This document shows positions 10,929 through 21,800 of a stretch of DNA of 64,000 nt, in pieces; the stretch's first letter is position 1, and the number at the start of each line of letters is the position of its first letter. The stretch spans positions 7,130,001 through 7,194,000 of the forward strand of contig CM102283.1 in the NCBI GenBank assembly GCA_046563655.1. The letters run 5' to 3'. Position numbers and translations under genes: made by a program. The notes under the pieces were generated by a model, which searched no databases, was not told where the DNA came from, and worked only from the letters and a program-made list of their open reading frames with translations. The stretch comes from Yuukianura sp. NJ FZ-2021 (Eukaryota).

Positions 10929-13314
10929 ATGGCCTCTCCGTACGGAAATCCCAGTTATCCCATGCCGAATGCAGCTCCAGGTCCAGGTAAACTTGACAGC
11001 GATGAGATTGAGATTGGATTGAGTTGAAAAAGTTATAGATGAGAAAATGTCTTACGAATTGAATTGGTTTTGTCTATCTTAAGGCTACGCTCCGTATCCG
11101 GGTTATCCTCCAGGACCAGGTCCTGAAATGCCTATGCCGACAGTTGGATACAATGTGCCTCCGCCAGGATACCAATATCCTCCAGGTCGAGATTGATTTA
11201 CTGAATTTGCCTCATTCCTTTGGGTATGGTTGTCATTTGATCTTGCGTAATTGAAAGTTTTCTGTCATGAATTCCAGTACCGGTTCCGGTAGGGTCGCAG
11301 CACTTACCGGTAACGACTCAGCCAATGATGGGAGGAGGAGGCGACATGGGAGGTAATGCCGAAATAAACAGTTTTGTTTTAATGTTAATTCATGTGAATG
11401 GGATTGTTAAGCAACCGGATAGATATGGAGTTTCCTGTTCAAGCGATTACTCTGGTCATGACAGAGCATAATTTTCTGATTTCTGTCAGCCTCCAGTGGT
11501 GGTATCAAAAAAATGTCCTTTTCTTCTTGACACGACCACTTGAATATTTTTTCCATTCCATGAACTTCACAAAATTAAAGTTAGCATGTCAGTGAAGGAA
11601 CAAGGAAGGAGAATTCGTGTACAGAGATTGCTTTTGCGTCAGACGCATTAGTCATCCCTGCTGAACCCACAGTATAATTATGATTTTTAGGTATAACGGT
11701 ACAAAGTCATTGACGTCAGGATTTATTTCTTAACTCTATTGTTCTCTCTTCCTGTTTTCACTTTAACCGCAACCACGAACATTCATAAGGAATTGAATTA
11801 ATATGGTCGTGTTAATTATGAATTAATTCTAATTGTTTTTTAATTCTTCGTTATCTTCTAATGCTCTTTCCATTTACATGCCCATTGCAACTGCATCGGA
11901 TGTAACAATGATACTAATTTTCATCCAGGATTTTATGATATCCAGCAAGGTTTGCATATTTCTATTAAAATTATTTGGAAACGATTTCACTTGAATTCGA
12001 TAGAAACCTAGAATGGCACACACCATGTTATATTCTAATCACTGTCACGGTCATATTACAAATTATTAATTTCACAAATTCAGTAGTTAGTACACTTGTG
12101 CTCACTAATTGTACAATTAACAAGTGCAAAGAATCTCACACTGCATGCAATTTTCACGTAGCAGCAAGTAGATCATTGACGTTAATTGGAATTCAGTTGT
12201 TCAGTTTTCATTTTTGTTGTATTTGTTGCAGGATTTGGACACAGCGTTCCCATTAATGTACCCCCTGGACTGGAATACTTGACACAAGTTGATGCCTTAT
12301 ATGTGAAGCAGAAAGTGGAGTTACTGGAAGGTCGGTTCAGAATTAGCAATCTAAAGCTTATTTGTCTGGTTATCATTTAATTAAGGTTTATTGTTTGTTA
12401 AGCTATTTGTGGTTGCGAGACAAACAACAAGTACAAGATTAAGAACAACATGGGACAAGTCATTTACAGTGCCAAGGAAGACACTGATTGCTGTACAAGG
12501 TTATGCGAATTAAAAATTAAGCGCCAGAGAAGTTACCCTAAGGAAAACTTGGCTAAATTGATTTTATGCTGTACAGAAATTGCTGTGGCCCTCTCCGCCC
12601 GTTTGATCTGAAAATCAAAGATGCCAATGAACAAGAAGTGATTCATCTCACACGTCCATTTGCTTGCAACAGTTGCTGCTTTCCGTGCTGCTTGCAGTCA
12701 ATTGAAATTTACGCACCGCCAGGTCAACTTGCTGGAACTGTTGAACAGGAATGGACTCTCTGTATTCCAAACTTTGTTATAAAGAATGCCAGTGGAGAGG
12801 TCGTCCTCAGAATTGAAGGACCATTTTGCACCTACTCATTCTGTGGAGATGTGGAATTTCAAGTAATGCTACAAATCTATGTTACTGAATTTTAGAATTG
12901 GTCAAACTATAATGAATGATTTTTTTGTTTAGATTTTGTCTAAAGATGGTTCGGCCAAAGTCGGAAAAATCAGCAAGAAATGGTCGGGGTTGCTTCGAGA
13001 AGCATTCACGTGAGTTCTCTTTGGTTGTAAAGGATTAATTGGTTAACGCATCTGAGCATTAATTGATTGAATGTAATGTTATTGTTTATTTCCAGTGATG
13101 CTGACAACTTTGGAATAACTTTCCCTGGCGATTTGGATGTGAGGATGAAAGCAGTCATGCTTGGAGCTTGCTTTCTCATTGTATGTCCATCATGATTTTG
13201 GAATAGAAATCCTTTTTCTAGGAATTAATGGTGAACATTTACTTGTCTTTCTAGGATTTCATGTTCTTCGAAAAAGCACAGAACCAAGAAGGCGATTCAA
13301 TTGGAATGTTGTAA
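10929..13314 (+). CDS. PLSCR: Phospholipid scramblase (exons 10929-10986, 11084-11185, 11278-11352, 12232-12330, 12403-12499, 12577-12862, 12933-13009, 13096-13180, 13255-13314)
   Basis: Pro/Gly/Tyr-rich N-terminus, then [50 protein letters not shown], Cys-rich [60 protein letters not shown]. All junctions are GT-AG and phase-consistent. AATAAA at 13965. Confidence 0.96.
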
Positions 13315-14091
13315 GGACAACGACAACTACAAAAAACAAGCCACAGCAAAAGCTTAGCTGTTCCTATTGGAGATATTTACCATTACCAGCATAAGGATTC
13401 TAAAACATCTCACGTGACTTTTTGTTCACGGAGTTTCGTCAGCATAATAATAGTTAAGTGGCATCCTACGTTAGGATTTCTAACTAAACAACTCCGACTC
13501 CGATGCTGCCAGCACTCTTCTTTGTTTTTAACCTTTAGATTTACTTTAAATTGACTTTTGACTCTCCTCGGTTTCGGTCTGACACAGCACGAAGGCACAA
13601 CATTTAGCATACCATGTCAGATGGATCACAAAGCTCTAAAACTAAAAATTATCTAGCATACAAAGGCCTTTGGACAATGTAAATTGAACGAAAAGTTTAA
13701 GGTAGGATACTTTAGCTGCAGCGTTGCCTTCTTAAGTGTCTTTCCGTGTCACTAGGACTAAATAACTTTGGTGCCGGATTCATGACTTTGACAATTCTCA
13801 AATTTAAATTATTCTCACACTTAACTTATATTTGATACTTTATTTGAATTTAAAACGGAGCTGTATATTAGTACGAAGGTGAACTTTTTGGTCCTTGACC
13901 TCCAGTGGATCTGTTTGTAATGTAAAATGCTCTTATTTTATTGGTTCAAATTAATTCTTGCCAGAATAAATCGAGGGAACTATTGGTGTAGATTGTATTT
14001 TATTGCTATCTTGACCTTGTGTGAATTGAATTTTGTAGTGACGTTAATTTAAGTGGTAGGTCAGTTGTTGGCAATGTCTAATTGACATTGA

Positions 14092-14286
14092 TTAATTAAC
14101 TTCGACTTTAGTCCCACAGTAGACCAGGATTAGGAAGGATGCCAGGAGGACGCAGAAGCCTTGCCGAGTGATGATAGGGAAGGTTCTGTGGAGGAGACAA
14201 AGAAGAATGCCTGCTCCAGCCACCACGGCCACGGTGCGCAGACTCAGCAATATGGCTTCAATGGCAATAGAGTGACACAAAACCAT
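14092..14286 (-). CDS. Candidate 64-aa hydrophobic small protein (MVLCHSIAIEAILLSLRTVAVVAGAGILLCLLHRTFPIITRQGFCVLLASFLILVYCGTKVEVN)
   Basis: Strong Kozak context CACCATGG, GC content higher than the flanks, two hydrophobic segments, and a minus-strand AATAAA at 13999-14004. No recognisable homology. Confidence 0.35.
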   Translation of the reverse strand: MVLCHSIAIEAILLSLRTVAVVAGAGILLCLLHRTFPIITRQGFCVLLASFLILVYCGTKVEVN

Positions 14287-14657
14287 GGTGACACCACCAG
14301 AGGCCTTCTTCAGGTTAGTTGATTGACAATACAAGGTTTGAAAGTTAATTGAGTTAATCAAAGTTAACCTAAAGTTATAGGTGGACGGATTAGACTGACC
14401 TGTGATGCTACTTCCGGGTAATTCGAAGGTGGTTGAGATTTTTATTAAGCGTAACAGTTAACAAACTTTTGTGTTTCATATTGTTTTCATATTCATATTG
14501 TGATGGAGACTGGTAAAAATCGTGTATCTAATCTACTAATTAACTAGAAATTCTAATGTAAGAGTTTAAAGCCTAAGCCTACAACGTAAACCTAAGAATA
14601 ATACTTGGAATAATTTGGGATTTTTAATACTGGCAGGATTCGTTTAGACTGATAATT

Positions 14658-15706
14658 TTACCAGTATTCGATGCGACTTCGCCATTTGAGGTCATACTTA
14701 CTGGCTTTGGAAGATACTAGGCCGAGAAAGATTGGAAGCGCCAAGAAATTGACTATGACCACACCGAAGTAGAACTTGAGCAAGTGACCTTTCCGGGTCA
14801 CAAGTTCTTCCAGTTCCTCCCTCGTCAACTTTTTATCACCATCGCTGTTCCCATCTTCATTGTCGTTTGTCACCGGTACACCAAAGTTTGGATCTGTCAC
14901 CGGTTCACTAACTGGTGGATCTGTTACCGGTTTACTTACTGGTGGATTCGTCACGAGTACATCAACTGATGAATCTGTCACAGATAAATCCACTTTTGGA
15001 CCTGCAGTAGGTCCACCAACCTGCGGATCTGCTGTGGTCGTCGTTTCAACTTCTTCTGACTCATTTAAGTCTTCTGGTATCACAATATTTACTGAATTGG
15101 TTTCTTCTGATTCTTTTTGTTTTGGAGATTGGTCATCGATTGTGTTCAATTGTAATTGTGCAGAACGAATTTGTAGCATATGGCTGTGTTCTGTTCGATT
15201 GACGACCACCTTTGGATCGAATCCTGCTGGAAGCGTGGATTGAAATCGAACCATGGCAACTGACATCCCTACAAGCAGAATCCCAAAGACAATTGCATTG
15301 GTACGGATCCAGTGAGTAGTAACTATTCTCTATAAAAAATCAAAATTTAGGAATTACAGTTTTATTTTTAATTTATATTGTTTTTATTGTAGAGTACTGC
15401 GCAGTACTAACCCTGCATATGTACAGAAGTGACGAAACGGCTTGGATAATCCCGGCTCCAATTGTAAAAAAGGTGCAAGCTATTAGAAATTGGAAGTGAA
15501 TGGTCACCAGAGCCAGGTCATCTGCATTGTGAATCACGAGTGCCGAAGACACTGAGGTCATTGTCCCAATAATCTGTGTTCAAAAAAATTAAGTACAACT
15601 TTGCATTACCTTTTGAAAAAAAAAACTTAGATTATAATTTATAAAAACTTACAATTGAGAGACCCGCAATGATGACAATGAGTCTGTTGTGGGTTACAAA
15701 GCACAT
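14658..15706 (-). CDS. Orphan four-transmembrane (tetraspan-topology) protein (exons 15706-15653, 15573-15412, 15329-14658)
   Basis: Phase-0 GT-AG junctions join MCFVTHNRLIVIIAGLSI/IIGTMTSVSSALVI...LLYICR/RIVTTHWIRTNAIVFGILLVGMSVAMV... Three N-terminal hydrophobic helices, a long acidic Ser/Thr/Pro loop with PVT(D/N)P repeats, and a fourth helix FYFGVVIVNFLALPIFLGLV. Lacks the tetraspanin CCG motif. Confidence 0.75.
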
Positions 15707-16557
15707 TGTGAATTTGGAATATTTTTCAACAATGTAATTAAGTATTTCACATTAATCCAAGCTCAGTACTTCACTCCTGACCCTGTCTTGGTAGTTTCTG
15801 CTTTAGAATTTTTTGTCAGCCTATTTTTTGTGTTGTAAATTGCAATAAACTAATCTTTGGTTTAAGAAATGATGAGGTCAGATCCGAGATGACGAATCAC
15901 AATTCTGCGAAAGAATTGTTAAGAATGGAATGACTATTTGTACGTGACAACGTAGGAACTGCCTAAGAATTTAAGTGTGTGTAAGTGTAAATAACGAATA
16001 ATTATCCTTAATTAGTCTCTTGGTGGGAGTAACTACTCTGTTTGTGTAGTAGTGTCATGCACAAGGTCACAAAATTGGAAAGTACAAATTCCTGTAGCTG
16101 TAAGCCTATTTCGCACAAATCTATTGTTCTCTTTGTGGTCAGTTTTTGCCGCAAAGCCGTTTCAAAAAACACGATAGTACTAGTAAGTACTACACACAAT
16201 TGGTTCTGTGCCAGTTTTGGGCTTTGTTTGTAACCTGAACTACTTTGACTAGCAACTGAACTAACTTTTAAGTTTTTGGCGTCCAAAAGTAGGTCGCTGT
16301 TGGTGTAGGTCTGTAATTAGAAAAACGAATGTTGACTTTTTCGATTTATTGTTTTTTCAGTGTTACAACAATAGATTTTTCTTTTTCATTATTGGATGGT
16401 CCAAAATACACATTTTGTAATTTTTTCATGATTTTTTTTGAATTTATATAATAATAGAGTTGCATCGAATCTTGAACCGTTTGGCGAGCATTGTTTGTCT
16501 CCTTATTATTATCAACATGAAGTCTTCAACAACCGTTGGAAAACGGTTCCATGTGAT

Positions 16558-16692
16558 TTGGTCAGAAAGTGAAAAGATCAAAAGTGAAATGATCAGAAAA
16601 AAAAGGTCAGAAAAGGAAGGAACTTAACCAAACCTAACCTGAGATCTTTTGAATTCTGACCTTTTCACTTCTGATCATTTCACTTCTGACCA
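16558..16692. mobile_element. Short foldback/MITE-like element: inverted arms made of ~13-bp TCAGAAGTGAAA subrepeats around an AACCTAACC spacer
   Basis: The left arm ttggtcagaaagtgaaaagatcaaaagtgaaatgatcagaa...aggtcagaa (16558-16612) is an imperfect reverse complement of ttctgaccttttcacttctgatcatttcacttctgaccaa (16654-16692). Non-coding; target-site duplication not identified. Confidence 0.55.
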
Positions 16693-16773
16693 AATATTTC
16701 TGACCATTTCACCTGCTACGTGGAAAACATGGAATGATTTCATTTGTTCTCTTATAACTTTGTTAAGTGTTAT

Positions 16774-16815
16774 GAGGAGGAGGAGGAGGAGGAGGAGGAG
16801 GAGGAGGAGGAGGAG
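16774..16815. repeat. (GAG)14 microsatellite in the radish 3' UTR
   Basis: Perfect trinucleotide run; it explains the spurious poly-R, poly-E and poly-L ORFs. Confidence 0.95.
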
Positions 16816-16981
16816 GGAATTTGGCGAAGACGTTTCACGGGATGGCGGAAAGTTTTTAGCACATGTAAGCACACTGGTGATGGTTTTAGCAGGTACGGAA
16901 ATCAATGGAACCCGCCTGATCCTTAAATGTGGCTCCTGTTTTGAGAAATGACCTTGACCTTTGACCTTGGCGGTGTAGAGC

Positions 16982-18873
16982 TTACAGTCCGTAGTCAAAG
17001 GACTCGGAGAATCTCGAATCTTGTTTCTGGAGTCGTTGTTGACAGGCTTCCAAGTATGAGTCCTGGATTCGGTACATTCCCGAGTTGGCTTGGAACATCA
17101 GCGTCTCCAGGATTCGTTCGTTCTTAATCGCTTTACTCGGTAAAACAATCTGAAAAATTCAAAATCCAAATGAATTTGTAGATGTTTGACTTTTAACAAA
17201 AAATTATGAACCAAATCCGACCTTGATGAGATCTTGTGGTGAGATTCGATACAGCTTGAGCTCTCGGGCCAACCGCTCCATCGTACATTTGAACTCCAGT
17301 TTGGCATCAGTTTTGGAACTACTTGGACGGCTTCGGATTTTGTGTCTCGACCAGGCCAGCATCACTTCAAACTTCCGAATCTCAGCTACTTCCAGATTAC
17401 GAGTCATCACCATCTGAACCATCGACTCTGATAGGCTCAGGAAGTCCACGCATTCAAAAAGCTTCAATTACAAAAATTTAGTCAAAAACGAATTTGTTCG
17501 TTTCGAAAATTCCCTAATTTTGAACAATTTACCTGATATGCTCGTGGTTCAGCAAACGCGAGGATCATATTGACCAGTTCAGAAGCTGAAGTGTAACGCC
17601 AGTAATAATTCTCCAAGGAAATCAACATGCCACATACCTAAAAAGAGAGGTCAAAGGTCAATGACACTGAAACAAAGGTCAAAGGTCAATGACCTTACCA
17701 CATCAATCCGAAGAAACTGCTTGGCATGGTGGAAGCACGCCTGTAGTAGGTCAGGGAGGTCATAATGCTCGGCGGCACAGATGAGTCCGGGAATATTTGA
17801 ACAAGTGAGTGGACAGCTACCGGTATGCAGGTAGTCCAACAACAATCGAAACGTGTCCGAGTCAAACTCAATTACGGTAAACTACAATTAAAAATTAAAG
17901 TTAAATTCAATTAAGTTCAATTAAATAGTTATGTTAGACTTACTTCAGTTTGTGCCAACTTGGTCCTGTCAACCTTCTGGGCGTCTGCGCAGACAGAGAG
18001 TCTCGGAACTCCAGAAACTTTTTCTTTTGGCGTTTCCTTCCCTTTTGATTCCTGCGTACAGTCCTGTGATGAACTCCATTTTTTCTTGTCCTGCGCAGCC
18101 AGTTGCTGTTGCTGCTGCTGCGCAGCTTTCTTGCTGCTTGACCTTCCCCAACTGGCAGTGATGCTTCCTAATCTCGAAAACGCACGCATTACCATCGGTG
18201 ACGACGGGACGCTCTTTGGCCTGAAAAATGTACAGCAATGTCCAAAAGTAAAGGTTGAACAAATACTTTCAAAACTTATACCATTAACCTATAACGCTAG
18301 TACACAGTCGAAAAAAAATACAACGCTCAAAGATCTTAACCAAACGCTTTCTCAAAATTCTTAAAAAATTTAAAAATTTTCAAAAATTTTGATTCAAAAT
18401 TTGAAACAAGCTTGAACACTTTTGGCGGGAATTAAAAAAATCATACCTGGGAGACTCTACGTCCGGAACTTGGAGAAAGTTAGACTTCGGTCGCTGTGGT
18501 GAATGGAGTGACGGAACTGCGCGTGCCAGCAGTTCTGCAACAGGAACTTGTGGAGATCCAAATCCCGTTGAAATCCCATACAGCATCTCTTGGAAGACCC
18601 TGAATAACATATGCGCAACACTCTAATCGGCGCCATTTTTTAAATATTTCAAAAAAGCACACTCAGGGTTAAGAGAACATGCAAGTTGACCACTCGATGC
18701 TGCCAGTTTTTGTTGAACTTGCCTTGACCTCACTCCCAGAATGGCTCTAACTCCGTAAAGCCTCGTTTTCTGCTTCCCTGGCCCCACTTGGAACGTGACA
18801 TCGAAGAGCAGGAGGTGGGGCTCTTCTGAATTGATGAAGAACTTGGCAAAGTCCTTAGCCAACTGGTCATACC
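16982..18873 (-). other. BTB/POZ + BACK domain exons of the radish-type gene
   Basis: DVTFQVG...[21 protein letters not shown] ... [21 protein letters not shown]...[18 protein letters not shown], followed by BACK-like [30 protein letters not shown]. Confidence 0.9.
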
Positions 18874-21800
18874 CTGCTAGTCAACGAAAAGGTTTCAATC
18901 AACTTTACGAGGAAGAGATAGGAAAGACTTCGCTAAGGCAGAAGAACAAGTCCAAGCGAGCTGCATATGGTAGTCTCCACCATTATATCGACTTGGCGGG
19001 AATTTTTTGACTTTGGCGGGAAGTATTTGAATGGCCACAGAGAAGATTTTTGTGGCGGCCATCGACGCCATTTTTAGGATTTTTGCCTGTAAGAAAACAA
19101 AAGGCAGCGGCGGAACGGCAAAGCGGCGGCGCGAACAGCAGCATGTGGCTTCAAAACGTCTCAAGTTGAGAGTCACGTGAAAAGTCACTCCAGTTAAAAG
19201 TATTTAGCCAAAAATCAAAATTTTGAAACAAAGTAATAAGAATAAAATTTTCAATTAAGTCATAGTTCAAATTACATTTGAAAAAATTGAAAACAAAATT
19301 CCAAAATCAACTGAGACAAAAACATCAAAACCACTTTGTGTTAAAATATTTTTTTTAAGGTTCGAAAAATCAGTTAAAATTTTTTTTTGTAAAAAAAATC
19401 AAAAAATGTTTAAAATATAATCAAAAATAAAATTTGAACTTTTGGCGGCAATTTCAAATGAGGTCCAAGGACCCGACTAACCTTCAAACTGGTCACGAAC
19501 AGAGTCAAGGAGAGGACTGGAAGGCCTCATGTGTCCAATAGGACGCCATGAACCTCGCCTGTGAACAAAAATTCAAAAATCAAGGTCAAAGGTCAACTCA
19601 GGTCAAAGGTCACTCACCTGTAAGGCTTAGGAATTTGCCCTGTTTCCGCATGGTTTTGCAAGTTAGCTACAATGTCCTCCAGCATTTGAGACCGAGTGCG
19701 TTCTTGCATTCTGGCAAATTTCGGAGCGGAATAAGAAGCTCTTTCACCGTTAACAATTTTTGTCAAAATCCATTCTCGAAACATTGCTGGCTGTACATAA
19801 AAACGAAAAAGAAAATGTATCAAGTGATGCAGAATTTTTCAATGAAATTATGGAACTTACATTGTCAAAAACTGACTGTTCCCAGAGGTATGGCTTGTAG
19901 GCTCCGACTTCATCTCGCGTAATGACAGAGGCTTCGTAGCGAAGCGGATTTTTTCTAAATCTTGGTCTAACTCGGACGACAATAAAAGTATGGAGAAAGT
20001 GGGACTTGATGCAGGAAGGAGAAAATGGAGTCGATTCTCCTTCAATGAACACGACACACACAATGTCATTCCCAATGTGTCGTTTCCTTTGGAGCTAATA
20101 CAAAATTAAACTTTTCCTTTTAGCTTTTTTTCTTCATAAAAATCCGCCTCATTGCCTTCATTTCATTCAAACTTTCTTCCAAGAAAAAAAAACTCATGGT
20201 CGAAAAAAGCCAAAAACTTGGATTTTTTTGGAAAAGAAATAAGCAAAAGAAAGCCCGCCTTAAAAACTTTCTTTGACTTTCTCCATCTCTCCCACCAGCA
20301 GCTTGTTTCTTTCGAAAAAGTTTCTTTTTTTGGAAAACGGAGATTTTTTTTTTCGAAAAGCTACAAATCCAATTCAGTTACTAACTTTTTGAAACTTTTT
20401 TTCTGTTGGCTATCATTGGCTAAGGGCGGGCAACTATACATAGTAAAAGCTGCAAAGCTAATGTAACACCCGCTTCTTTCTTTCTAGTGAAAAGTGCCTC
20501 CAGTTTTCTCTTTTTTTAGAATACACTTCAAACTCAATTTCTCCGAAACTTTCATGTTCCAAAAAAACTTAAAAGTCCACAAACTTTCCTTTGAAAATCG
20601 GAACATGATGGATTCTTGGTATTGTAAAGTGAAAAAAAAATCTCAGCTAGCACACACCAAGTTGACAAATTGAGACACTTTTAAAATATGCAAATACACT
20701 TGAAAAATGTCAAAATTTTAAAACGTACGTACCTTCTGTGGATCGTTTTTCTCGTAGGGTAAAAATGTTGAAACGTGAAACATAATTTCAATTCCGCGCC
20801 AATATGTGTACACAGACTCTGTCCCAGTGAGGTCATGAACAGTATCGAGTCCACCTTTGTACTTGTCAAATCCACGTAAATGTACAGTCTCGCCCAGAAT
20901 TTGTAAAAAGTTGTCAAAAGCTCTACTGTTTTCATTGTTGTCCAAAATTTCTTCTTCTGTAAATTGACCTTCTTTGACAAAGATCACCCCAACTTTGAGT
21001 TCGGACTTGATGAAAACCTGAAAAAAAGCGAAGTTAGATCAAAACAAACACTTCAAATGCGTGAAAACGCAAAGGTCAAAGGTCATGTTAGGTTAATTTT
21101 TAATTCAAAAAGTGTGAAAACAAACTTGGTCTAATTTGAGAAGCTCTTCGGGTGTGTCCGGAAGTTGACCAAGAACTAGAGGTGGATTTAGGTTAATTTC
21201 CTTTCCGAGACTTCTAACAACTTCTTCACGATTGTAGCGATCGGCAAAGACGCATGAGGCAGGAATGAGTCCATGGACCGTGTAGCTGATGGCGCGAACC
21301 AAAATTCTGTTCAAACAAAAGAGAAAGTTAGGTAGGCGCTTATCTTCAATAGAAAGCTGCTTACAAACTATAAGTATCAATTACTTTCCTTTCTTCGGAC
21401 AGACGCTTGAAGCGATAAGGAAAGACTAGGCTATTGAATAACTTTGAAAATGTTTGTACTATGGAGCAATTTGAAAGATGAAAGCAGATTTTAGTTTCCC
21501 GCCTGAAAGAAAAATCCTACCAATCGATCACTACTTCCAAAAAAAATTGTGTTTTTTTTTCTACACTGAACCATCATCTTCTATTCTGAATTTCTGTATC
21601 AGTCAACGCAAAAACGAGAATGCTAAGCTTTTTTTTTTGAAATTCTAGCGCTGTTCAAAGCAGTTTCAGCGCCAGCTTTGAAAAATACACCACGATTTTT
21701 TTAGTTTTAAAATTTTGAAATGCAAAATTAGAAAATTTAGCTACGTTATCCGAATGCAGCAGAAGTGTGTTCTGGTCCCAAGTTTTTACTAATTTGACAC

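Noticed and set aside
14784-15243. Plus-strand ORFs opposite the 4-TM gene
   Set aside because: Antisense shadows of a repeat-containing exon.
16649-16998. ORFs with poly-Arg, poly-Glu and poly-Leu runs
   Set aside because: Artefacts of the (GAG)14 microsatellite in the radish 3' UTR.
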